A DNA stretch of 64,000 nucleotides. Origin: Bugula neritina. Lineage: Eukaryota; Animalia; Bryozoa. Below are positions 1 through 12,095 of the stretch, one piece after another; within the stretch, counting starts at the first letter, position 1; every line of letters begins with the position of its first letter. A program made the translations under genes and the position numbers. The notes under the pieces are model-generated. The model had not been told where the DNA came from. It saw nothing but the letters and a program-made list of their open reading frames with translations, and did no database searches. The stretch is from positions 32,318,628 to 32,382,627 of the forward strand of contig OZ037767.1 of NCBI GenBank assembly GCA_964035545.1, given 5' to 3'.

Positions 1-171
1 GCAGCATCTGTCTAGCGGCAGCATCTGTCTAGCGGCAGCAACTGTGTAGCGGCAGCAACTGTGTAGTGGCAGCCTCTGTTTAGCGGCAGCCTCTGTCTAG
101 CGGCAGCATCTGTCTAGCGGCAGCATCTGTCTAGCAATAAGTTGCACTGAATGCTGACTGACCTGTTGCAG

Positions 172-3100
172 CGGCAGCGAATCCGAGGAGATATAAACTG
201 GTGAACTGGAGCTCCGGCAAGTCGGCAGCGACTGAACCCTCCTGGGCGACTGACCTTTGGATGACAGCTGCTTTGTCACTGAAAGTGTTTCTGGGTGGCG
301 TACCCAAGTACTTGAGTGAAGGTACCGTCCGTCTGTCTGTCTGAGTGTCTGTCTGTCTGTCCTCACCAGCCTTTCTCAGCCAGTTCCTTGTTTGTGTTAC
401 AAAAGTGTCATGTTTTACAGTTGCTATGAGGAGCTACTTGGAGGCCTTCGGTGAAGTGGAAGTGAAGTTGGTAGCTGCAGGGACACCTCGAGGTACAAAT
501 AACTCTCCAACATGTCTCCTTTTCTTCATATCTGTTTCTCTTTATATCTGTTTCTCTTCATATCTGTTTCTCCTCATATCTGTTTCTCTTCATATCTGTT
601 TCTCTTCATATCTGTTTCTCTTCATATCTGTTTCTCTTCATATCTGTTTCTCCTCATATCTGTTTCTCCTCATATCTGTTTCTCTGTTAAGTTGTGTGTC
701 TCATAACTCATGAATAGCTCCACGTGTTTCAGGCTACGGTTACGCTACATTCAGGAAAGAATCCTCTCTTAGAGCTTTCTTGTCATCCTGCCAGTGCACT
801 GAACGGCGACTCACCTACACACTTCCCAGCGCTGTAGACACTCGACTGGAGACAAGGGTGAATAAGCAGGTGGGGAGAGGAGTAGATAGGCAGGTGGGGA
901 GAGGAGTAGATAGGCAGGTGGAGAGAGGGGTGGATAGGCAGGTGGAGAAGGGGGTAGAGAGAGGGGTGAGTGTTTTATTGCGTCTGTTAGGAGTTAGTGT
1001 GTCTGCACTGATGTGTGTATATCTGAGGATTCTTGTGTAGCTTGCCAGAGATCTCTGTTGAGGAGTCGTGTTCTTATTGTGAAAGGCCTTTTAAAATAGA
1101 ATGTGCTCTTAAAATTCTACCAACTAGTTTAAGGCCAAAAGCTATTGTAACCTTTCAATAATTAAATTATAACTAATGCCAAAAGTTGCCAGCAAATTCA
1201 AAACTCAAACGAGCTGTAATATTACGTAACTTTAAAGATGGTCGCTTAAAGGTTAAGGAGTCGTGCTACCCTGCAGTACTGTTAAGGAGTCGTGTTACCT
1301 TACAGTACTGTTAAGGAGTTGTGCTACCCTCAGTACTGTTAAGGAGTTGTGCTACCCTCAGTACTGTTAAGGAGTTGTGTTACCCTGCAGTACTGTTAAG
1401 GAGTTGTGCTACCCTCAGTACTGTTAAGGAGTTGTGTTACCCTGCAGTACTGTTAAGGAGTTGTGCTACCCTCAGTACTGTTAAGGAGTTGTGTTACCTT
1501 ACAGTACTGTTAAGGAGTTGTGTTACCCTGCAGTACTGTTGAGGAGTTGAGTTACCCTGCAGTACTGTTGAGGAGTTGAGTTACCTTACAGTACTGTTAA
1601 GGAGTTGTGTTACCCTGCAGTACTGTTAAGGAGTTGTGTTACCCTGCAGTACTGTTAAGGAGTTGTGTTACCCTGCAGTACTGTTGAGGAGTTGAGTTAC
1701 CCTGCAGTACTGTTAAGGAGTTGTGCTACCCTGCAGTACTGTTAAGGAGTTGTGTTACCCTGCAGTACTGTTGAGAAGTTAAGTTACCCTGCAGTACTGT
1801 TGAGGAGTTGTGTTACCCTGCAGTACTGTTAAGGGGTCGTGCTACCCTGCAGTACTGTTACGGAGTTGTGTTACCCTGCAGTACTGTTAAGGAGTTGTGT
1901 TACCCTGCAGGTGTGGATTCAAGTCATACCCTGGATGATTGCCAACCAGCAGTACTTGACTTGTGAGAAGATGTTGAGAGAAACAGAACTGAAGTACACG
2001 GTGTTTGTGGGAAATCTGCACGGCACCACCACAGCTCGGGCGCTTTACCAGGCGATGGCGAGTGCATTTGGGGGAGGCGTGGTTTACTCGGCCATCAATG
2101 TAGATTACTCCAAGTATCCAATAGGTGAGATTTCACAACTCCTACTTTACTTGTACCAGCTGATACAGCTAGCTGCTAGTCTTAGTAGTAGTAGCCTGCT
2201 AGTCTTAGTAGTAGTAGCCTGCTAGTCTTAGTAGTAGTAGCCTGCTAGTCTTAGTAGTAATAGCCTGCTAGTCTTAGTAGTAATAGCCTGCTAGTCTTAG
2301 TAGTAGTAGCCTGCTAGTCTTAGTAGTAATAGCCTGCTAGTCTTAGTAGTAATAGCCTGCTAGTCTAAGTAGTAGTAGCCTGCTAGTCTTAGTAGTAATA
2401 GTAGCCTGCTAGTCTTAGTAGTAATAGCCTGCTAGTCTTAGTCAGCTGAACTGTTCCTCTACAGGCTCTGGTCGGGTGACGTTCAGCAATGAAAAAAGTT
2501 ACAGAATTGCTGTGAGCGCAGGCTATCTGAGACTCTGTAATGGTCACAGTGACAAAGTGGTATGTACCAGCTTTCTTCTGCCTAGAGTTTTCCTCTCTAT
2601 GGAGTTACTCACTGAGGTGTGTTGAGTTACTATGAGTTAATTACTCACTGAGGTGTGTTGAGTTACTATGAGTTAATTACTCACTGAGCTGTTGTGTGAT
2701 GAGTTACTATGAGTTAAATACTCACTGAGGTGTGTTGAGTTACTATGAGTTAATTACTCACTGAGGTGCTGTGTGTTGAGTTACTATGAGTTAATTACTC
2801 ACTGAGGTGCTGTGTGTTGAGTTACTATGAGTTAATTACTCACTGAGCTGCTGTGTGATTCTTTAGATACAAATTGAACCATTCCTTGATGATAGAATGT
2901 GCCAGACGTGTTTGCAAGACATCGGAAAGTATTTTTGTCGCTCTCAAACACCTGGATGTTTCCGAGTAAGCTCTGCTCTTCTGATTCATATATAATTAAG
3001 AAACACATGTAACGTAATACTGTTAACTAACACTTGTGACACCTGTGACAATGCAGCACTTGTGATACTTGTGACAGAGTGACACCGGTGACACCTGTGA

Positions 3101-3311
3101 TAGTGTGACAGATATTATTTCATTTATTTTGTAGTATTTTTGCACGGCGTGCTGGTTTAACCGCCACTCCTTTGCATTTCTCACTGATGATCACATTCCT
3201 CTAACCAAAACCAAGAAGGGGTTTACAGCCAGAGCTAATTTGGTGAAGCAACTTCCTTATGTGAAGCAGGCCGAGACAACTCCAAGATTGTACTGCAACA
3301 AACTGTTCTAG
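172..3311 (+). CDS. CPEB1: Cytoplasmic polyadenylation element-binding protein, CPEB1/Orb-like (5' part outside window). Exons 172-321, 421-492, 733-857, 1911-2124, 2465-2559, 2867-2965, 3135-3311
   Basis: GT-AG exons join in phase. They give RRM1 SLKVFLGGVP...GYGYATF, linker IQVIPW, RRM2 TVFVGNLHG...KYPIGSGRVTF and a ZZ-type zinc finger CQTC...FCR...CFRYFCTACWFNRH...H. Stop TAG 3309-3311; AATAAA at 3544. Confidence 0.92.
525..686. repeat. 16-bp intronic minisatellite
   Basis: (CATATCTGTTTCTCTT)n in a CPEB intron. Confidence 0.9.
1255..1910 (+). repeat. 29-bp minisatellite ending at the CPEB splice acceptor
   Basis: ~22 copies of GTACTGTTAAGGAGTTGTGTTACCCTGCA; the last CCCTGCAG is the acceptor at 1910. 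Confidence 0.92.
2173..2442. repeat. 23-bp intronic minisatellite
   Basis: (GCTAGTCTTAGTAGTAGTAGCCT)n. Confidence 0.9.
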
Positions 3312-3969
3312 TCTATTTTATTATTATATTGCTGTAAATGATGCAGTGTTGTTGTAGCTGATCTACATTCTACTGTCTTTTAAATCAAGTTTATTTACTT
3401 GAACTCGCATACATTACTACAGTGTTTTACCCATAGTTTAATGTGTTAGAAAAAGCTATGCATACTCTAGCATAGTGAAATCTTTTCTATAGTCATCTGT
3501 GAATGACTAGACTGAAATTTATTCTTCTATTTATTATAATTGAAATAAAATTCAAGAAAAATTGTTCTCATTTGTACAGACTGTAGTTATTTGTTACATA
3601 ACCCTTTATTTTCCCTGGTGTTGACTTGGAGACAAACAGAATGCATACTTTAAGCTACCTTATTTACTACTTCTTATACTCCTTCACCACCTCATACTCT
3701 TACATAACTAGCCCAGTTGTACAATACATTACAGCAATCATTACATAACTGCATGATTTCACATTGCATAATCACTGGATACAATAGTTTCATATAAATA
3801 GTTGATCTGCTTTGCTAATCAACAAATGTATGTTCTAATGAATTGATGATCTAATGATGTATATAATTCTATACTCATACCAAAAATGCTTTCATCTATC
3901 ACTACAATTATGAAACTTTATTCATCAATGACATGTATGTAGATAACATGTATGGTGTGATCTGTATAC

Positions 3970-4355
3970 GCTGTATCCATATACCGTAGGTGTGTATATC
4001 AATATAATCTTATATATTGATATACACACCTACTGTATATGCTGTATCCATATACCGTAGGTGTGTATATCAATATAATCTTATATATTGATATACACAC
4101 CTACTGTATATGCTGTATCCATATACCGTAGGTGTGTATATCAATATAATCTTATATATTGATATACACACCTACTGTATATGCTGTATCCATATACCGT
4201 AGGTGTGTATATCAATATAATCCTATATATTGATATACACACCTACTGTATATGCTGTATCCATATACCGTAGGTGTGTATATCAATATAATCCTATATA
4301 TTGATATACACACCTACTGTATATGCTGTATCCATATACAGTAGGTGTGTATATT
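3970..4355. repeat. 71-bp tandem repeat with internal palindrome
   Basis: Units start at 3970, 4041, 4112, 4183, 4254 and 4325 (last partial). Each full unit has 21-bp perfect inverted arms. Confidence 0.92.
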
Positions 4356-6479
4356 GGTAATCAGAACATACCTTCTTTGAGAACGGAGTTACTGTTGCTG
4401 TATCAGTCTAACAAGGGTGGGCTACCCCATGTATGCTTCTATATCCTATATCATTTTATATTGTGTATTATATAATTAATTGTATATATTATAATGTGAC
4501 ATATTATATTATAATACTATTATTGTGTTGTATTATTGCATGTTATAAAATGGGATACTATATTATATTACATATCAGGTTACGGTTAAACAGTTTATAA
4601 TTGGATATAAAATTCGGTCACACATTTTCCAACTGTTTAATAAATGCCATCTATAAGAGAACATCCAGTGCAGTGCATTGCTGTAAGTGAAAACAAGCTT
4701 TTGCCCTTGCCTAGCAAGGGCAAAGTGCTACTATTTACGAAACGTACTGTTTGATTTTAATATTTTACATAGCCGCGAGGCATGTTTTTACTTAAAAGTC
4801 TAGAATGATTAAATGTTTTAAACAGAATTATAAGATTCACAGAATTATGAAAAGAGTAAATGAATCACTGGATGTACCAAGTTATCTTAATTAAGCAGCC
4901 AAAGAAAGTACAATTCACTTGTTACAAACTGCGCAACTTGGGCACTCTGCCAACTTTGGAAGTAGCTTTTTGTAACTAACTGACCTGTAACTGTAACTAA
5001 CTGACCTGTAACTGTAACTAACTGACCTGTTACTGTAACTAACTGACCTGTAACTGTAACTAACTGACCTGTTACTGTAACTAACTGACCTGTAACTGTA
5101 ACTAACTAACCTGTAACTGTAACTAACTGACCTGTAACTGTAACTAACTGTAACTAACCCTAGTACCAAGGTGGACACTTGCTCATACAGAATGCCACCT
5201 TCATTGCTTACCAAACTCTCACCACTAATTTCTGAAACAAATCGAAATGCAAGGATTGGCAACAGTTTTCTAAAACCAAAGCAATTTCTGAGAAGCTATG
5301 TGTGGAAAATACTCTTTATTTGATATTTCCATTTTATATGATAAACTGAATTACTGTGGGCTTTAAACTGTATACTGTATTCCCATCTCTTAGCAGCAAG
5401 CACACCGTCTCTTAGCAGCAAGCACACCGTCTCTTAGCAGCAAGCACACCCGGCTAGCAAGTGAAGGCCATGACACTCTGAACTGTAGTTTGGATGCTCT
5501 GCCAGCATGTTTTTTAGACTTTGCCTCAAGAGAACTAACTAATCTGTCAGCATCTAGCTCTTGCGTCATCACCATGACATTTTGTAATGGGATTTGATGG
5601 CTTACACTAGCTGAGAGTTGCGTATAGATTTCACATTGAAATGTTTACAAATTTTTTGAGTTTTAATTAATGAAACATGTTTCTCATATTATTATCACAT
5701 AATATAAACCAACTTGAAAGCTTCTTAAATATTAACTACTGCAAAAGTTAGAATTTTATTATTTCCGCAATATTCCCCAGTGTTATACTGAGCCAGACGA
5801 CAGCTTTCTCAGTATCAGTCAGTGTATCAGTCAGTATGACTCAGTATAACTCAGTGTATCAGTCAGTGTATCAGTCAGTGTATCAGTCAGTATGACTCAG
5901 TATAACTCAGTGTGTCAGTCAGTGTATCAGTCAGTGTATCAGTCAGTGTGTCAGTCAGTGTGTCAGTCAGTGTATCAGTCAGTGTATCAGTCAGTGTGTC
6001 AGTCAGTGTGTCAGTCAGTGTATCAGTCAGTGTATCAGTCAGTGTGTCAGTCAGTGTGTCAGTCAGTGTATCAGTCAGTGTATCAGTCAGTGTATCAGTC
6101 AGTGTACATTATCTAGCTACTGTTAATGAGAGAACTGGTAAATGCATGAAGTTGAAAACTTTGTAATCCATCCTTCTGCTGGTCACGTGGTTACAAATCT
6201 AATTAGTTAGTCAAGTCTCAACTAGTTATGTAATTGCCAGGCTACTTATGTAACATTCCATGCATAGTAATGCACAATATAATATATATAATTATTATAT
6301 TACATATCTATAGAACATGCAATGTGATATGTAACATAATGTATTCTTAAGATATTTATGAGGTTTATGGTAACTTGCATATGATTTAGTAAACAGGGTA
6401 ACTTGATATCAAAATTGGCAGACATGAAGGCTGTGGGATATAGCTAACACAGTTTCTATACTCTATCAGTTAATAACTG

Positions 6480-7425
6480 CACTCTCTAGTACTACTCTCT
6501 ATTATAACTATTCTCTACTATAACTCTAGCTAGTACTACTCTCTACTCTAACTATTCTCTACTATAACTCTCTCTAGTACTACTCTCTACTCTAACTATT
6601 CTCTACTCTAACTCTCTAGTACTACTCTCTACTCTAACTATTCTCTACTCTAACTCTCTAGTACTACTCTCTACTCTAACTATTCTCTACTCTAACTCTA
6701 TAGTACTACTCTCTACTCTAACTATTCTCTACTATAACTCTCTAGTACTACTCTCTACTCTAACTATTCTCTACTCTAACTCTATAGTACTACTCTCTAC
6801 TCTAACTATTCTCTACTATAACTCTAGCTAGTACTACTCTCTACTCTAACTATTCTCTACTATAACTCTCTCTAGTACTACTCTCTACTCTAACTATTCT
6901 CTACTCTAACTCTCTAGTACTACTCTCTACTCTAACTATTCTCTACTCTAACTCTATAGTACTACTCTCTACTCTAACTATTCTCTACTATAACTCTCTA
7001 GTACTACTCTCTACTCTAACTATTCTCTACTCTAACTCTCTAGTACTACTCTCTACTCTAACTATTCTCTACTATAACTCTAGCTAGTACTACTCTCTAC
7101 TCTAACTATTCTCTACTATAACTCTCTCTAGTACTACTCTCTACTCTAACTATTCTCTACTCTAACTCTCTAGTACTACTCTCTACTCTAACTATTCTCT
7201 ACTCTAACTCTCTAGTACTACTCTCTACTCTAACTATTCTCTACTCTAACTCTATAGTACTACTCTCTACTCTAACTATTCTCTACTATAACTCTCTAGT
7301 ACTACTCTCTACTCTAACTATTCTCTACTCTAACTCTATAGTACTACTCTCTACTCTAACTATTCTCTACTATAACTCTCTAGTACTACTCTCTACTCTA
7401 ACTATTCTCTACTATAACTCACTAG
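6480..7425. repeat. Pyrimidine-rich ~43-bp minisatellite
   Basis: Repeats of CTAGTACTACTCTCTACTCTAACTATTCTCTACTCTAACTCT with variants. Confidence 0.9.
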
Positions 7426-8627
7426 AAGTCCTTTCATCATTAATTCACCAACTTTAAAACAAAATGCTAAACATGAGGGCAGAGCTGACCAAATACAAAC
7501 CAGAGGAATGAACAATACTTGAACCTGGATTTAGTTATCAACTATAACATTATATACTTACTACTATATACTTACTATAATATACTTACTATAATATACT
7601 TACTATAATATAATATACATCATACTATATAATATACATATTACTATATAATATTCATCATACTATATAATATACATATTACTATATAATATACATATTA
7701 CTATATAATATACATCTTACTATATAATATACATCTTACTATATAATATACATATTACTATATAATATACATATTACTATATAATATACATATTACTATA
7801 TAATATACATATTACTATATAATATACATATTACTATATAATATACATCATACTAAATAATATACATATTACTATATAATATACATATTACTATTAATAT
7901 ACATATTACTATATAATATACATATTACTATATAATATACATATTACTATATAATATACATCTTACTATATAATATACATATTACTATATAATATACATA
8001 TTTCTTAATTGTCAGTAATTTATTCCAATATTGTAATTATTATAAACAAAGTTGAATTAATTAGCATATAAATACAAAGTCTCGCATCTCCAACCAACAT
8101 TCTATGAATAATGAGATTTGTATTCCGTACAGCTGAAAGGCTATGCACTATCTGAACACCACGTCAGGTGTTTTATATAAAAGGTAGGATGTCAAGGTGG
8201 CCGCTTGGTGACAGGCAAATTGGGCTACAGAAATGAGTAATTACATTCTTGTGCTTACACGCCTTTCCACAGGCAGATTAGACAAGCACTTGCTACTGCC
8301 TTGTAGACTTGCACACAGCCATGGTGCCTCTAAGTGTGAAGCAGTATTAAAACATTAAGGCTGTGTTTATAAGCTAAATTGTAGATTACGAAACCACTGG
8401 ATCTTGATGCTCTTTCAAGAATCAACCCCAAACCAGCCATACAGTAAACATATGCCCTTTATAATGTATACTGTTAACCTTTAAATATATTGATAGTAAA
8501 GATACATGTGCATTGTATATGCTACATAGACATGTTTATATACACCAGGATATTTCATACTACATTCTACTCTCCACATTCAACCTTATAATTGCTGTGG
8601 CAGCCAATTTTATCATTTACTCAACAT

Positions 8628-9042
8628 ATTACACTATACAGAGGGGGTGGAGTGTATATAACATCACACTATGCAGAGGGGGTGGAGTGTATACAACATT
8701 ACACTATGCAGAAGGGGTGGAGTGTATACAACATTACACTATGCAGAGGGGGTGGAGTGTATACAACATTACACTATGCAGAGGGGGTGGAGTGTATACA
8801 ACATTACACTATGCAGAGGGGGTGGAGTGTATATAACATTACACTATGCAGAGGGGGTGGAGTGTATACAACATTACACTATGCAGAGGGGGTGGAGTGT
8901 ATACAACATTACACTATGCAGAGGGGGTGGAGTGTATATAACATTACACTATGCAGAGGGGGTGGAGTGTATATAACATTACACTATGCAGAGAGGGGGG
9001 GGAGTGTATATAACATTACACTATGCAGAGAGGGGGGGGAGT
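8628..9042. repeat. 35-bp minisatellite with G-run
   Basis: (ACATTACACTATGCAGAGGGGGTGGAGTGTATACA)n; produces the three overlapping ORFs at 8.5-9.0 kb. Confidence 0.92.
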
Positions 9043-9827
9043 GCTAAAAACACCAATAAAGTATTACCGTATATGCTTTTGCAGTATTTATTTTGATAAT
9101 TCACAAAATATATAACCATAATAAAAATATATTTCAGTAATATAATACTTGTAATATTGAAACTCAATCCAAAACGTATACAAATAATTACATTACATTT
9201 GTATGATAGGAAAGGAGGCCGACTGTAATAGTATATACACTATACACATATCACAGAAATGCAAAAACGCAAGTGGAGTGCGCAGCAGAAAAAGTGATGC
9301 CATGGAATGTCTTTCACATAGAAACATGATTAAGAGGCCACACTCGGTGATAGTGAAGTTCATATTTACAAGGAAAATGATGCTTGTATGAGCAGAATAT
9401 AACATTACTATGAATGGTGGGCTTCTCCATCAACTTCACATCAGCTCAAATCAATAAATAACATAATTACGTCGGCAAGCAGGTCATGTGACGTGTGACC
9501 CGAGCAGGTCATGTGACGTGTGACTCGAGCAGGTCATGTGACGTGTCGGGCAAGTAGGTCATGTGACGTGTCGGGCAAGTAGGTCATGTGACGCGTCATT
9601 CAAATGGATGAATTAGCTGTGTGTTTGCAACTCAGGAATATCGTCTAAAGCCACGAGGAATGATGAGATTTGAGCTACAGATGAGATTCGTATCTTTCAA
9701 CTCCAAGAGCTGCAAGATGCAATGTATTATACTTAATATATAACAAGCTAGAACGCAATATTATATCTCCTAAATCAAAGAGCTGTGAGATGATTACACA
9801 TAGCAGGCAACACTTACCAGAGAAGGA

Positions 9828-10446
9828 CTATCTCCGAACACACTTGAATCCAGCACAGTTAAAGTATAAGCAGGTGTAGCCAGGGCCATATCGAGGGTCG
9901 GTAGTGCAAGTTTCGTCCACAACACACTCTAACTGTGAACACAGAAACAGAAACTAAGAATTCTGATGGGGGGGGGGTAAACTGTGCCATAAGAGAGGGT
10001 CAGTATACTTACTGCAAAAGGGCACAAGTCGATGCGTGTTGACAAGTTGAATGAAAATCGTTTAGCTCTTGACAGCTTACGGCTGTTGGTGTTTTCAGCC
10101 ATGTCCATAGACTTCCACGAGTTTGTCGCTCTGAGAGCTGGAGCTACAACGTGAAAGAAAGGTTGCAGTTATTACGGTTAGTAATGAATAATAGCAATTG
10201 CTCAGAAAGGTGAAGCTATAACATCAGTCAATATTTCCCAAACTAAATTGCAAAAATGACTGGTATTGATTAAAGTTTAAACTTTACAACAAATAATTAT
10301 AAACTAACACAACCAATATTTCATAACTAGTCAACTACTACTAGTAGATGCCAAGGCCGTAACCACCAACCTGGTTCAACAAAGAGGCAGTGTGAAGCCA
10401 ACAGTCCTGATATGAATATGATTTTAATCCACATAATATATTCCAT
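9828..10446 (-). CDS. Small secreted Cys-rich prepropeptide, 103 aa. Coding exons 10446-10371, 10143-10013, 9932-9828
   Basis: Exons of 76, 131 and 105 nt with GT-AG ends in phase. Translation: MEYIMWIKIIFISGLLASHCLFVEPAPALRATNSWKSMDMAENTNSRKLSRAKR-FSFNLSTRIDLCPFALECVVDETCTTDPRYGPGYTCLYFNCAGFKCVRR*. Hydrophobic N-terminus, RAKR furin site, six Cys. Probable 3'UTR intron 9817-9710. Confidence 0.8.
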
Positions 10447-10529
10447 TGCAGTAAGAGATGGCGTATCCCTTGAATAAGTGAGCGATATTGTCTGAAGACT
10501 ATCCGCGTGAACAGCAGGCGACTGATTGC

Positions 10530-10571
10530 GACTGAATGATGGATATATTGCCAGGCGCGTCATTATATATA
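10530..10571 (-). promoter_or_regulatory. TATA box plus initiator for the secreted peptide gene
   Basis: Minus strand reads TATATATAAT at 10571-10562, then TCATTC/TCAGTC (Inr-like) about 30 nt later, ~90 nt upstream of the ATG at 10446. Confidence 0.55.
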
Positions 10572-11500
10572 CGGGTTTACTCCCACTCTTTACGACTGTT
10601 ACAATAGGTTGAAGGGGAGGGATTATTTAACTCGTTACAAGCCAATAGCTTTCTTAGCTCATCTCTAGTTGCATATAAAAGCTCGTCCTCCAATAGAATG
10701 TGACAAAAGTAGCATTAAAGTAAAGCAGTCAACATGCAGTGCCTTTCTCTATCGCCCGTTAAAAACCAGCATAATATAATATGTACCTACTAAGTAACTA
10801 CAAGGAATTGCAAGAAAAGTATTTCAAAGTTAATGCTTTCAATATAGTAATTCATTCACGAGCCTATAACTCCATAGTAGCAGTGAAAAATAATTGTAGC
10901 AAAAAGTTGTCCTCTCACAAACTTCCGGAATTACCTAAGCAAAGGAAATAATATGTTCCATGTTGCACGTAGAATTAACAATCATGCAGTACTTAGCTGT
11001 ACAAAAAAGCAGCTTTCTCATGCTGCTTTACACATTTGTGGTTTGTAAATGGAGAAGTGTTTACCAGATGAGCATAAAGAGCTAATAATAGCCTGAGTAT
11101 GTGAATTACTCTACCAGTACCCTCAGTGAGATCAACGTTCACATGTAAAATGTAGACAGATTTAACCATTAGACATCAAGATAAAAGTGTGGTTAGCAAC
11201 CAGCAAGAACATAACAAGTTTCAAGTATTTGATAATTTTGAATTCCGGAAAGAGCCCGACTGGTATTTGACGTGGTATAGCTACTGAATCAGATGGACAC
11301 GTAGACAGAGTAGAGATAAACTATTATAAAACAGCGTATCAGTTGCTAAAGTGTTTCAACATAAACCTACGCCATGTTTATTTCACTTTGCCGGAAGTGA
11401 GCTTCTGCTGCAAGTATCTGTAATGGCCGTGTCAGTAGTGACTAGTGAATAGACTGAATAGAGATCTGTTTGGGCGTTTAGTTGAGTGCTAATCATGAGT

Positions 11501-11577
11501 TTACTGCTGCAGACAAGCAATAAAATGAGGTGAACAATAACCGGCAGCTATCCTGCTCCAGTTGGCATCACATTCAC
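11501..11577 (-). CDS. Candidate terminal exon of a second small Cys-rich peptide (upstream exons uncertain)
   Basis: Branch-like GCTAAT, then CTTCCCAG acceptor, then phase-1 ECDANWSRIAAGYCSPHFIACLQQ*, then AATAAA at ~11382-11377 on the minus strand. Confidence 0.3.
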
Positions 11578-11617
11578 CTGGGAAGCAGATCTTGCTATTA
11601 GCTGCCCTTATCAATAC

Positions 11618-12095
11618 TACACTGTTGTTACTACACTGTAATTGTTAGCACACAGTTGTTACTACACTGTAATTGTTAGCACACAGTTGTTACTACACTG
11701 TAATTGTTAGCACACAGTTGTTACTACATTGTAATTGTTAGCACACAGTTGTTACTACACTGTAATTGTTAGCACACAGTTGTTACTACACTGTAATTGT
11801 TAGCACACGGTTGTTACTACACTGTAATTGTTAGCACACGGTTGTTACTACACTGTAATTGTTAGCACACTGTTGTTACTACACTGTAATTGTTAGCACA
11901 CAGTTGTTACTACACTGTAATTGTTAGCACACAGTTGTTACTACATTGTAATTGTTAGCACACAGTTGTTACTACACTGTAATTGTTAGCACACTGTTGT
12001 TACTACATTGTAATTGTTAGCACACTGTTGTTACTACACTGTAATTGTGAGCACACAGTTGTTACTACACTGTAATTGTTAGCACACTGTTGCTA
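11618..12095. repeat. 31-bp minisatellite
   Basis: (ACACAGTTGTTACTACACTGTAATTGTTAGC)n. Confidence 0.92.

Noticed and set aside
3312-3550. CPE-like U-rich motifs in the CPEB 3'UTR (autoregulation)
   Set aside because: TTTTAT and TTTTAAAT are expected by chance at this AT content.
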